NCBI GenBank assembly: GCA_003971905.1
Contig: RSEE01000031.1
Span: forward strand, 124,001-188,000
Reading direction: 5' to 3'
Length of the DNA stretch: 64,000 bases
From: Moniliella sp. 'wahieum'
Taxonomy: Eukaryota
Shown here: piece by piece, positions 25,166-38,299 of the stretch
Layout: the number at the start of each line of letters is the position of its first letter
How positions within the stretch are numbered: position 1 is the stretch's first letter
Program-made: the position numbers and the translations under genes
The notes under the pieces: generated by a model
What the model saw: the letters and a program-made list of their open reading frames with translations, nothing else
What the model was told of the DNA's origin: nothing
Database searches by the model: none

Positions 25166-25236
25166 AGAGGATGTGGCAGGAAGAAAAAAAAGGCCCCGCT
25201 TTAGAGGATGTGACAGGGAGAAAAGGCCCCCACTTT
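25166..25236. repeat. Imperfect direct repeat of about 35 bp (AGAGGATGTGRCAGGRAGAAAA..GGCCCC), 2 copies
   Basis: Directly visible. Confidence 0.7.
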
Positions 25237-25603
25237 CACTTCGCCACACTCCTTTTAGTAAGGCCGGTAATGCTTAAAGGGCCTTGTTTCGTCACATGCC
25301 ATCTCCTGTTAGACAAAAAGCTATGTCACATGTGACACTGCTAGAGTGCGAATTGTGGGAGCACTCGCGATCCTATGGATCAGCTGCAAACCAGCCTTCA
25401 GACAAGGTGTGAAGGCAAAGTGGTGAGCGGTGAGCCACAAGTCTTCAAGCAACGTCTGAACCGAAGGAGATAGGAGAGAAAGAAGGGATATGAAGCGAGC
25501 AGGGCGTGTGCGCCCGAGAGCGGAACTCTTCCGCCAGGCCTAAGCGAGCGTCACCGATCCACTGAGGGCCGTGCAGGGGAACCCCAGCAGTACCCTGAAG
25601 CAA

Positions 25604-25683
25604 GCGAAGGCTGCGAAGGCTGCGAAGGCTGCGAAGGCTGCGAAGGCTGCGAAGGCTGCGAAGGCTGCGAAGGCTGCGAAGGC
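25604..25683. repeat. 9-bp tandem repeat (GCGAAGGCT), about 9 copies
   Basis: Perfect tandem copies are directly visible. Confidence 0.95.
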
Positions 25684-28420
25684 ACTAAGAATATCATCAG
25701 ATAGCACTTCCTCGTGTGACATGTCACAACAGCAGTGGTCATACTGTCACATACGCAAGACGTCACACACGGTGTCAATAAACGTCGTTTCCCCTCGAAG
25801 TTAATATTCTGCGGGTTTGAGAGGAGGACAAAACTATACGCGACGGATCCTCGAAGAAAGAATAGGACGCGAATGCCAAGCCTGAGGCTGAGGACATCGA
25901 TCATCCTGATTCCCCACTGACGCTTGACGTCCTAAAGTCTAAGAGAAGTTCTGACACAGAAAGGAGACAAAAAGGGGTGTGGGCCCTAACGTCTAACCCA
26001 GACTGAGGAAGGAAGCAAAAGCCAAGTGGCACATACACTTGTACTCAAAGTGAAATATACTGTGGCATGGCTTTTCCCATTTTGAAGATCAGTGGAACTT
26101 GGCAGGCGGCTGGCCCTCTAACATGTGACCATGTGACCTCTGTGACGGTGGCCTGAAGAGATCTGAGATCTGACCCTTGTCAACACAGTCTGTCGGCATT
26201 CCATACTAGTAGCGAACAGCCATGCATTATCGTCATCTTCGTTATCGTTCTGCCAGAGCGTTTCGCCAGCGGTCGATCATGCATCCTCTGTGGTGCATAT
26301 GGTGTTCCAGTACAACTGTTGGTCAGCTCTCGTAGTGTTGGCGGTGTAAACCACATCGACTAACACGCCAACTTTTTTCACGTTTTTATTATAGTACACC
26401 GATAATCGATAACCGATAATTTCGTCAAGATGGGTCGATATGGATGAGCATGTGATGGTATGCCACACCGTCCCATGAGATGCCATGAGACACGAGTACG
26501 AGTACTGAGTGCGTGAGAGACGAGAGATGGTCGAAGGGAGTGAGGGATGATATTATGCACATTCGATGATCGATGCAAGTCGAGGAAAGTTAGCCACCAG
26601 CGAGAAAGAAGCACACAACAGGCAAAAAGTCAATCACAATTCCCATTATGATACGCTTTAGCGCTTAGCTTAGCGCTTAACGCTTTTAATGTTGTCTATA
26701 CTGTGGTGCATGAAGGAAGAGACCGGTGCATGACTGCGTGAATGTGTGCCCTTCGAGCCGAATAGCAGACTTGGTACTTAGTACTTATTGGGGATTTTAT
26801 AACGCCAACGCAGTCAGCGCAAGGGTGCATATGTGTTCTGGTGAGGGTGAGGCCTGAGCCCTGAGCCCTGAGCGAGCGCTGAGTGCCTGAGCGGCTTGAG
26901 CTCAGCCTGAGGCTCCTGAGGCCTGAGGGTCTGAGGGCCTGTCCTGCTGATGAGCCTTTGCGCTGAGCTTGAGGCCGAACCCTGGAAGCCGGGCAAATGA
27001 AATTTGAAGAGGAGCCTAGATCTGAAAAGGAGCACGGAGCGTTGTTGTGTGTCTCGTACATCCGATTTGTCACCGAGAGCGAGAGAACGGAGAGCCACAC
27101 AGACGCGTCAGATGTGTTTGATCTGTTGCTTTTGTGTGGTGTTTTACCTGTTGTTTCGGACATGTCTGTGATCTGTTGAATTAAATTTGAAAGGCTTGGG
27201 CGTGGGCGTTTTGAACAAAGCCCCTGATTGAATGATTGTAACTGGTGGCATGACCCAACCAGATCAGCCTGAGCCCTAGGGCATCGAGCATCATGGAACT
27301 CAACGTTGCGCTGGGAGCATTGGGTGCATTAGGCGCAAAAAGGGGGAGCAGAAAATGCGATAGGCCCATCGGCGATCGCTGCCTTAGCATATGCGCCTCA
27401 TGAGCATGATCAACTCGATCATGAGAGGAGGCGAGAGGCTGCTTACTGCAGGATACACCCTGTGGCGTGAACGCTTGAAGGCGGAGGCCGCCTGAGAGGC
27501 ACTTCAATCAGGAAAATAGTTCACTGTGGCTCAGGCGCTCAGGCCTGAGATAGCGCCACCCATCTCTGACCATCGAAGTGACCAGTGAGTGACTAGTGAG
27601 TTAGTGATCGCATAGGAACCGACGCGGTTGCTCGATTTGTAGCACATTTTGGTCGCATCTTCCTGGTCGGGCACGTGAATGGGTGATGCATGATGCAGGA
27701 TGCGTGAGCGCGATTGCTCAGGCTGAGCCTCGTGGGGGCGTCTCGGCCTGAAATTGAACGCCTGAACCGAACTGAAGCGTTGATCAGTGGCCTCCGGATC
27801 GATGATCGCTGATGCGCTGATGCACCGATGGAAGATGTGACATGCGGAAAGCTCCATGTGACATCTACACCAGCTCAGTATTCAATTACCAATTCCCGGA
27901 GCCGTTCATGGGGCCAGCAGGCGCCAGCAGCATGCTCCACCCTCAAGCGCACAGGCCTCCGGATCACTCGATCGCTGGCTTCGCTAGCTTCACTCCACGG
28001 GGCGCTGCTGGCTCTGGCACGCGCAGGGTCTAGTAGGGTCGCCAGGGCTCAGCACAGCTGCGTTGCCGGCACCCGGGCAGCCCCCCGGCAGTCGACCGGG
28101 CTCTCCGAGTCCCACACTGCTTTGACGCCCGACTCTCATCCTGTGCGGCGCAGGGTGCTGTCTGCCGGGCCTCCCCCCAGCAGGGAGCAGCGCTCCGCCC
28201 GACACTGGCCCCATGCGTGCATCGGCGCATTGCAGCTGCCCGCCCAGCACCACACACCCGCTTCCGCCTTGTTTGGGAGAAGGTGCGGCACGGCGGCGCT
28301 TTATGACAATTGCGTTATAAGGCTCCCATTTCAACGCCAGCGTATCGCACCTTCCTTTTTCTTGTCTCCCCCCTCCTCCTCTTCCGGCTTTCTTGGCCTC
28401 CCACATCTATTCCCCTCGCC

Positions 28421-29057
28421 ATGTTCTCGCCGCTTCTCCCACTCCAGACGTCGCTTGATGCTCCCAACAACGATTGCTCTGCCGCAGGCAACTGCCGGCC
28501 TTAATCTGGCCCCTCCCTCGACTCCAGCCCCTGTCACTTCCTTGGTGCCTGCAGTCCCCTCCTTCCCTTTCAGCCTGTCATCCCATCAACCTCGCCCTAC
28601 TCCGTTCGCTTAGTATTCCCTTGGAGGAGGACCAAGAGTGCGACCCTTTGCCCGTCACGCCGCTTGGCGCAACGCGGCGCGCTCGCCAATCCGGCGTTAC
28701 TGCCCTACCACAATGCGACAGCCTATGCTCTGTCAGCAAAGATACCACCTCCTCTTCGCAATCGCACTTCACCGCCAAAGACCAGCTTCAACTGTTCCCC
28801 ACTATGACCCTGCAGACTTCAGCGCTACTTCCATCCACTCTCTTCGCCCCCCTCCGCTGCATCCGTTTCTGGCTGGTCCGCGTCGCTCATCCGTCTGCGG
28901 GCCACCGGTCACGGAGGAGCTTGAGAATTCAAGTCGCAAGGCATATCCTGCATACTGGCGTTCCTTTGGACCGCCCAGCTTCCCTCTACCTTTCCCTTGC
29001 GGACGGCCTCGGTTCACATCCGATCCAACAACGATGGGCAACAGTCCATTGGAATAA
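28421..29057 (+). CDS. Hypothetical Pro/Ser-rich protein (frameshifted)
   Basis: TTATAA near 28315, a pyrimidine-rich leader and a GCCATG start context. Protein-like segments in successive frames (LLRSLSIPLEEDQECDPLPVTP; RKAYPAYWRSFGPPSFPLPF). No recognisable domain. Confidence 0.35.
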
Positions 29058-29915
29058 AAAGCCTCTCCCTCTCCGCTCTCACTCAACTCACTCTCCTCTC
29101 GCAACCTCTTTTCATCCTTGCTTCCATCACTTACTCGGCCTCATTGCTGCATTCAAGCCTCGCCCTCAGCATAATGCTGCAACATCGTCACTGTCCCCCA
29201 CGCTCATCCACACCACTTTTTCCGTACTACTTGCGCATCGCTAGTTGGCTACGTCCCCCCCCCCCAATCGGACCCCATCTGTCCCCGGCGATCATCACAC
29301 ATCATCACGCCCTTCTCGCGTGTTTTCTCCACACTGCTCGGCTTTCGCTGATCATAACCACCCCAACCGCATTCGTTGCAATCTCTTGCTTTTGGTACCT
29401 TCGTTTTCTGCCCCAACATTAATATTCTTCTGCTCCTTTTGGTTCTGCCACAACCTACCCACCTGTATTGATGACGCTCAGTTACTCTTGGTCGCTGATT
29501 TCGCGTTGGAACCCTTTGTATCATTGCCTACAAAAGAGCATCAATCATCATTCATTCCAGATCCGATTCGTAATCTGTATATACCGCCTGAGTCTCCCCC
29601 ATATAGCTACCCTCTCATAGAATGTCCAATCCCCCCTCGTTACAGACCGTTACCCAGGCCTCGACTGCCCAGCGCAGTGTGAAAAGAATGGTGGGAGTGA
29701 CGCTTGGCGGGCCCACGATTGGTACGGAGTGATATGCATCATCACATGTGATATGGGCTATGCGTGTGACAGGGGCTAGGGCCATGTGACATGTGACATG
29801 CAGTGATTTGAGGGGGCGGCGGGAGAAAATGGACGAAAGCTAGTGGGTTTTTTTGTTGCGCCGCTTCTGTTCCTCCACCATCTGGGCCAAGAGCGTTAAC
29901 GGCACGGTGCTCGCC

Positions 29916-32900
29916 ATGGCTGCCGACCCGGAGTTTGTTGCGAGCATCAACCAGCTGCTCAACGACTCTCTCCTCCCCGACACCAACGCCGCCAAGGCCG
30001 TGCGTACGGATACTCGATATCTCGTCTTTCCTCTCTCTCCGTGCTGACCCCCTCCCCCCGTTCCGCGCTTCCCTCACGTAGGCCACCAAGGATCTTCAAG
30101 CGCAGCACAAGATCCCGGCCTTCATCCCAGCTGCCCTACAGATACTTGCACTCCCACTCCGACCGACGACGATGTTCGCCAACGTGCCATGGATGAGCTC
30201 CGCAAGTGCATTGGCAAGAGACCTAAAGTATGGAATGCGCAGACAGTCAATGTGCGCACAGCAGCCAAGTCCCAGTTACTGGACATGATCACAAACGAGC
30301 CCAACACCTCGGTCCGTACCGCCGCAGCCCGTTTGGTGAGCGAGGTCGCGCGTCGTGAACTGCCGCAGGATGCCTGGCCCGAGCTGCTTCCCTTTCTTTT
30401 CACTACGGCCGAACAGGGCACCGCTGCCCAGCGTCATGCTTCTGTCGTTGTCTTCTTTACCCTTCTCCAGACATTCAACAACGAAGACTTTGTTCAGAAA
30501 TACCTGCCGCAGATCGTGCAACTGTTCACCCGGACGATCAGCGATCCTGAGTCGCTAGCGATTCGCGTGGCCACCGCCCGTGGCTTGGGTAAGGTCGGCG
30601 AACTTCTGGACTACGGCGCGACGACCGACTTGGCTGCCGTGCAGTCAGCCATCCCTCAGATGATTAAAGTGCTGAAGCAGGCCATCGACGAGAATAACTC
30701 GGAATATACCCAGTTCCTCTTCGATGTGTTTGACAGTTTTGCCTTTCGGAACTACCGATTCTCAACTCGTCCCTGGGCAATCTGTTGGAGTGTTACCTTG
30801 TGGCAGCGGAGCGTAAGAACGTGGATGACAACATCTGCGTAGCTGCGCTGAACTCGGCCGTGTGGACCGTCACCCACAAGCGCCAAAAGGTTCAGCAGCT
30901 CCAGCTGGCCGGGATGATAATCCCCCGCACTCTGTCATCCTGCTTATTCCCGACATTAAGGTGACGGTCGGGCGGGGCATGGCGGCGTTACAACTGCTCG
31001 ATGCGATGGCCTCGGAACTTGCCCCCTCGCATGTATGGCCGCGGTTGCTAAGGGGGGTGCAGCTGCTTGCCCGGAGCTCGATCCCGGCCAACCGTGGTGC
31101 GGGGCTTCTAGCGCTCGGCGTTTCGGCCGAAGGGTTAGCGCAAACGCTGCGGGGGGATATGGAATTAGTATGGCCGTTGATTTGGGCTGGGATAAAGGAT
31201 CCTGAACTTCAAACTCGCCAACGTGCATTGACTGCCATTGGGTACATGTACGACCCACTTTCCGAAGAGATGTCGAGCAGCACGGGGTACTTGTGCCTGC
31301 ACTGATGGAGATGATTGCTCAGCCCGAAACCCAGCGCGCCGCCCTGGGTTCTTTGGGCTACCTTCTGGATTACTTGGGCGAGGGCATTAAGCCCTACCTC
31401 GACTCTGTTATGAAGACCCTTACTGGTTACCTCGATACGACGCCGTCGGACACCAAATTGTCCATTATTACAGCCATTGGCTCAGCTGCCCACTCGGCGG
31501 AGAAGGACTTCATTCCGTACCTCGATGGCATCATGACCAAGCTCACCCCTTTCCTTCAGTTCAAGGACACATCTGACAAGGAGAAAATGGACTTGCGCTC
31601 TGCTGCCCAGACTGCCATTGGTAACATTGGCGGCGCGGTGGGTTCCCGCGCCTTCCGTCCGTATTTTTCCGACACAGTTGACACTGCGTATGATGCGTTT
31701 GAGCTGGGTCAATCTCGTTTGAAAGAATGTTCCTTCATCTTCTTCAGCACGATGGCTACGGTGTTTGGAGAGAAGTTTGGCACTTGCCTTTCCCTAATCA
31801 TGCCCAAAATCCTGCAGAGTTTGCGGGAGCTGGAGCACGCTCCATCCCAGGCGACGACTTGTCGGACGATATTCTTTCGGCGGGCGCACAGGATGAAGAC
31901 ATCGATGATGAGTACGTTGACATGGAGGAGCTAAGCCAGTTCGTTGATTCGATCACACCGGCTGTCGCGAGCGAGAAGGAGGCCGCCGCCGACGCTGTGC
32001 GGGTGATTTTCCAGTACAACCACGTCGGCCTTTTTGCCCTATCTGCAGGAGACGGTGCAGGAGCTGGTCGCGCTCTTGCAGCACCATAGCCCAAGCCTCC
32101 GCAAGGCCGCCGTTACCGCCCTCTTCTCCGCTATCATAACCCTCAACGCGATTCAGAACCCAGACCAGTGGAAGGCAGGCCTGGATGTCCCGGTGCCCAT
32201 CTCCTCGGACGTGGAGCGACTGATTGACTTTGTGATGGGCCATGTTTTAGCATGTGGCAGCGAGGACGACCGGTACGTACTTTGGGTTCCGCTGTCATTA
32301 ATCGTTTCCTTGCAGGAAGACAATCCTTTCTCCGATCACGCCTAGTGGTGGAATAGGACCACCGCAGTGTGGAGAACCTACATGGAGCGACAGAAGAATC
32401 TGTCGCCTTGCTTTGCTTTTTTGAGCCTTGCCGTACTGACCTTACCCTTGCGCCTCTTTCCAGGACTGTGGCAACGCAGCTGTGCAATTCTCTCAGCGAC
32501 ACGCTCAGCGAGGTGGGTCCGGCTGTGATTGCGAAGCGTACGAGTGACGCGGCGGACATTGCGATGAGCATCCTTGAAAAAAAGTCCATTGCTCAGTCGC
32601 CCGATGGGAAGAGGAGGACCCCGACGAGGCCACCTCCGAACTGGATGCCATGCTCGTCTCTTCGGCCCAGGACCTTGTGTGCGGCATGGCGGAATCCCTC
32701 GGTGCTGACTTCCAACAGCCGCTCCAGCGGTTCTTGCCCCAGATCACCAAGTTTTACGGCCCAGGCAAAGCATCGCTCGAGCGGTCGGCAGCATTGTCGG
32801 CGATTGGCGCGTTGGCTGGAAGCATGAAGGAGCACGTGACGCCCTTACGCATGACATGTTCACTACCGTCTATGACGGTATGAAGGAAAAAATGGGAATG

Positions 32901-33404
32901 TGCAGCTGCACGCCACCTATGCGATGGGGCTGTTGATCGAGAACTCACAAGAGGACTTGACGGCGCACTACCCTGCTCTACTGACTGAGCTCCAACCAGC
33001 GCTGAGCCTGTCGAAAGACACGTCGCTGACGATCAAGCTGGAGCGAAAACTGAAGGCCAATGCGATGGGGTGTCTGGCGCGAATGGTGTACAAGAACCCC
33101 CTGCCCTCCCTTTGGCCCAGACGTTCCCGCTGATCATTGATGACTTATCCTTGTTGCATAAGGATCTGAATCAGGCACCGATAGTGCAACTCTTCATTTC
33201 CCTCCTCCAGGCCAAAACTCGATTGCCCAGAAGCACAGGAAAACAATTCTGTTTTCTTTGCGGTTGTGCTCGACGCACCCGCGGAGAGCGAATGGACATG
33301 CTGAACGCCGAAGAGCGCGACCAACTGCTCGCCTTCATCGCCAGCTTAATACCCAAATCCCGGACGAGATCCAGGCAGCGAGTTTGACGAGCTACCTTGG
33401 TTAA
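29916..33404 (+). CDS. KAP123: Importin-beta family karyopherin, importin-4/Kap123-like
   Basis: HEAT-repeat protein of about 1050 aa: WPELLPFLF, AIGSAAHSAEKDFIPY, EKEAAADA, ERSAALSAIG, ANAMGCLARM. Introns at about 30000-30081 and 32273-32463. Confidence 0.85.
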
Positions 33405-34090
33405 AGGGTTCGCCCTCCCTTACCATCCTGCCAATAATTTTCCAATAAGGGCACCTTATCAGCTGTCATCCTCATTCTACCTGGATAAAAGTGAGTATGG
33501 GTGGGTGGGATCGCAAGAAAGGCTACAGCACCTCCCCCCCACCCCCGTTTCCCATGTCTTCCTCAGCATCCCCCCTTTCTCCTTAGACTTGCCCCTAAGT
33601 TACCTCGCCTCTGCCAGGCTCATCTTCTCCCCTGATATACCATATTGACCGTACGTTCTCATGTATCTTTTTCTCCTCGCGTTGCACTGGCACGTCTCAT
33701 CCCCTCTCCATCGACATTCGCTCTACTGAGTGCGACGGGCGCCAGCCCTAGGTGAAGCAGGACAACAAACAAGGCAAGACAGGAAGGCGAACGGGGTGCG
33801 CTTCCCCCTGGCCAAAGATTCGACTTGACACCCCACCCTTTTCAGCCTTATTTTTTCTATTAACGTCATGTCACACCGCGTCACCGCCTTGGCATACCTC
33901 GCACCCGCGAAACATACAATCGAATCTCCCCCGATGCCCCCTCCCGTTCGAAAATGGAGAGTAAAAAGGGAATATGGGTGTGCTGCCACCGTGAAGTGAG
34001 GTGGGGAAGGCGCGCGGGCGGGTTGGGAGTGAGAGGGTCAGGTGGGTGCGGTGGGTGCAGGTCGGTGCAGATCGGTGCAAGGGGGCAGCC

Positions 34091-34893
34091 TTACACTTTG
34101 GGCAACTTGGTGGGATGCGGACGGCCAAGCCGGCAAACAGAGTGAGGAGGAGCAGGGTGGCCAGTGCACGCTGGAAAAAAGTGGTATTGTTGGCCATCCA
34201 GGTGGTTTCCCAAATGGCCAAGAGGAAGGTAAGGATGAACAACAAGACCGTCCCGTACCCCGATGCGCTGGACCCGACAAGCGAACCCGAACCACGCCAA
34301 GCGAAAAAAGGGAAACCAAAAGGGTCAGTATGCGCCGCGTAACAACTGGGTATAGTAGCATCCACTCTGACTGAACCGGATCGAGAGGGGCTAGAGTGGA
34401 GTGGGACTGAGTAGTACGTACCGATGATACTTCCATAAAGCCCGGCCCTTGGCCGGTCCCCCAACCAACACGCCGTTGCCCCATGTCGCAGCACCAGCGG
34501 CAGCCTGGAGCCAAGCAAGCGGCACCAAGGCTGCACCAAGCGTGCCGTGCCAGGAGATGTAGTGCTGCGTGCCCGGCTGGTCGTGGAGATGATACATGAT
34601 GCTTGCGCCAGCGGTAAAGAGGGGCACGACGACGAGGCGAGGAGGAGTTGGTGGAAGGAGGAAGCGCGGGCTTTCTGGTTGGGCTGGGTGGCCGAGGTGG
34701 GCTGGAGGGTAAGGATGGCCTGGACGAGAAGTAGCAAGCCAAACGACTGGAGCAGCGGATGGAAGCCAAAGAGAGGGAGCGGGTGGGGCAGATGGATCCA
34801 GACAAGGTAGGAATCAAGGCGAGAAGGCGAGGGCGGCTTGGGTTACCCGTGCACTACTGCTGCTCAGGGCACCCGCAGTGTAGTCTGGGCCAT
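34091..34893 (-). CDS. Eukaryotic cytochrome b561 family protein
   Basis: Four heme-ligand His motifs: FHPLLQ, SFHQLL, HYISWHGTLG and LWKYHRASGY. Intron 34268-34421. Confidence 0.85.
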
Positions 34894-36745
34894 GGTTGCT
34901 TGCTCGTCGATGGGGAGGTAGAGGTAGAAGGCAGCGGGAGGGATGAGTCGAGGAGGGGAGTGCGATCGCCAGGAGTGGGGTCAGAAGCCATGGTGGGAGA
35001 AAGGAAGGCGGTTTCCGTTTAAAGGCGGACAGAAGCCTGATTGAGATAGAAGGCCCGTGCAAAAACAAGAGACCCAAACAAATAAAGATGAGGGTTTTGA
35101 AACAAGACTAGGTCCAAAACAACCGGGGCCGACGTACCAATTTACCAATTGACGGGATTGTGGGAGGAAACCCAAGCTTTACACAGATGGCGGGAGGTTA
35201 CGGAGGAGCGACGATGCCGGGACTGGCGAAAGAGGCACGAAGAGGCCAATGGGCGACGGTGGAGGTGGGACGACAGGCTCCCTCCGCAGGGCTCTGCGGC
35301 TGGATGGCCCACATCCATCAAAAGGCAGCGTCGGCATTTGTAATCTCTTTGAATTGCATCACCGGCACAGCGGAAGCATGAATCCATTAATCACGCCCAG
35401 TCCGATCGATGATTGATGGGGCCGAGAGGCTACGGAGCGCTCGTAGGCATAACGCCATTCAGCGACAGCCGAGCAAAGGATGCTGTTGGAACAGGCTCTG
35501 CAGCAGGCAACCTCGATCGGCGCCGGCGCACGACGTCCTGTGGCCCAATCTAAACACGTGGCACAGCTGATATAGTGAAAGACTGGAGATAGGGGCACCA
35601 GCCACCAACCAACCACAGTATACTGGAGATAAGCTGACAGCGGAGATAACAGAACAAAACATACCATCTAGATGCATATGGCACGTGTAGTACCGTATTG
35701 TAAACAGCGTAAAAGCCGACTTGTTCCGCGTTCCGCGTTCCTGGAGAGCTACGCTCTGAAAGGCGCGAACGTGTGGTGAACTCGTATACATGCAGTTAGA
35801 ACCACATTGCCCAGCCATAATCACATGGGCGACGGAGTCACTGGACGTAATGTTCTTCTCTTTTTCGAAGAACCTTTTGAGAGCCACACAACGATGTCTC
35901 TGTACATCGCCGGGCTGCTCGCCATCACCTTTTGAAAGCCGAGGAATACGCAGTGCACCCCATACATTTATAGTATTGTTAATGCTGCTGCGTTACTGTA
36001 TAATCGCGACAATGGACACAGTTTCGTGCTGCGCACTGCGCTAACCTTCGCTGACGTCGTTGACGATTGACGTAGGACGGCGACAAACGGTGGCCAAGGC
36101 AAAGGCGCGAAGATGCGAATACTGCGAAGGGGGAGAAAGTGACCCCTCCTATTATACGATGATCGCAATGGGCTCGCGGGGCACACGAGAAGTAGGGTGT
36201 GCCCGGTGCTTTTTGTCTTCATGGACCGGGGACAGCCAATCGTCAACCCGCCTCTCTTCGAGAAACCGAGAAACCGAGCCACACCACCACCCACCCCCCA
36301 AGCAGAGAGGAATGTGGTTGGGAAGGATACTCATTTAGATCTTAGACCGTATATAGGACTTTTCTGAAGGAATGTGGTTGTATCGATCGACCATCGACCT
36401 GTATTCAGTTGATGTAACTCTATTATAGTAACCAACCTACTGTGCCTATCGCATCTCCACCATCACGAAGGCAACTGAATACCGCGCAAGCAGCGCGTGC
36501 TCTCAAAACTATAAAAAACCCTTCTATTCCTTGTTCTATTCCCTGTTCCTTATCCAGCCCCAAGAAATTAAAAGAGAAAAGAATCCGTCTTCCAAGCTGG
36601 TCGAGCTGCACAGTTTAGAATGTTGCATTTCCATATAATAACGTCAATCAAATCACCTACAACCAGCGCAGTTCCGAGTGACCGCACCACGAGGCCCCAA
36701 AAGGGAGAGGGGCACCACGAAGCAGCACAAGCTACACCGTGCCGT

Positions 36746-38299
36746 TTAGGCAATGTAGGTGGAAGCCGAAACGTTGCCACCGCGACCAGTCCAGTTAATG
36801 TGAATGTCCTGGTTGAGCGGGAGGTTCGCATTCTCTTCGCCAGGCAAGACGCGGAAGGTGTGAGCACCAAAGTAATCGCGCTGGGCCTGGATCAAGTTGG
36901 CTGGCAAACGCTCGGTGCGGTAGCCATCAAAGTACGCCAACGCCGTCGAGTGGGCAGGGGTAGGGATGCCCGACAAGGCACTGGTGGCCACCACGTTGCG
37001 CCAGCCCGGTTCGGCCTTGGCAATCGCCTCGACAAAGAACTCGTCAAACAGCAAGTTCTCCAGCGTCGGGTTCTTGCGGTAGGCCTTGGTGATGTCTTTG
37101 AGGAAGACGGAGCGGATGATGCAGCCGCCGCGCCACATGAGCGCAATGGACGGGTTGTTGAATGTCCAATTGTACTCCTTGGCCGCCTCACGGAACATCA
37201 TAAAGCCCTGGGCGTACGAAATAATCTTCGACACGTACAACGCCTGTTCCAAGTCTTTGAGCACTTGCTGCTTGTCTCCCGTAAAGGGACGCGTGGCCGT
37301 CGGCTTGAGAATCTTGCTCGCCCGCACACGCTCGTCCTTCAACGACGATAAGCAACGCGCAAACACCGCTTCCCCAATGAGGGTAACGGGCAACCCCATG
37401 TCTAGCGCATTGACAGCCGTCCACTTGCCCGTGCCCTTCTGACCGGCCTTGTCCATAATCTTCTCCAGCAAAGGCTTGCCGTCCGTGTCCTTAAACTTGG
37501 TCACATCGCGCGAGATTTCAATCAGGAACGATTCGAGCGGGCCCTTGTTCCACGCATCAAACGTCGCGCTAATCTCATCGTCCGACATGCCCAGCGTGCG
37601 CTTCATAATGTCGTATGATTCCGAGATGAGCTGCATGTCGCCATACTCAATCCCATTGTGGACCATCTTGACATAGTGACCCGAGCCCGAGGGGCCAATC
37701 CAGTCGCAGCACGGCTCCCCGTCCGATTTGGCCGCAATCGACTGGAAATTTCCTTAATCTCGGGCCAGGCGGCGGCCGAACCACCGGGCATGAGCGATGG
37801 GCCGTGCCGTGCTCCTTCCTCTCCACCCGAAACACCCGTGCCAACATAGAGGAAGCCCTTGTCCTCAATCTCCTTGGCACGGCGGATCGAGTCGGGGAAG
37901 TACGTGTTGCCACCGTCAATGATGATGTCGCCCTTCTCGAGGTGGGGCTCGAGCAACTGGATAAATGAGTCGACAGCTGGGCCAGCCTTGACAAGCAGAA
38001 TAATCTTGCGCGGCCGCTTGATGAGCTTGACAAACTCCTCAATCGAGTGGGCACCCACAATGTTGGTGCCCTTGGCCTCGTTGGCCATAAAGTGGTCCAC
38101 CTTGGAAACGGTCCGGTTAAAGGCAGCCACCTTGAAGCCGTGGTCGTTCATGTTGAGGATCAGGTTCTGGCCCATGACGGCCAGGCCAATCAGGCCAATG
38201 TCGCAGCTACCGCCCCAGCACAACACGGTCAGCAGCCGGGGCATCCACGACGGACGGGCGGAGCAGAAGAGCAGGTACATACACAGCCTCAGTAGACAT
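36746..38299 (-). CDS. GND1: 6-phosphogluconate dehydrogenase, decarboxylating
   Basis: [67 protein letters not shown]. One 5' intron. Confidence 0.98.

Noticed and set aside
25540..25904. (AKA)n, (PSQ)n and (AAF)n repeat peptides
   Set aside because: They are translations of the 9-bp tandem repeat and have no supporting gene structure.
36600..36748. Cryptic peroxisomal (PTS1) isoform of GND1 by stop read-through
   Set aside because: The stop is TAA-ACG, not a leaky TGA-CTA context, and the extension does not end in an SKL-like tripeptide.
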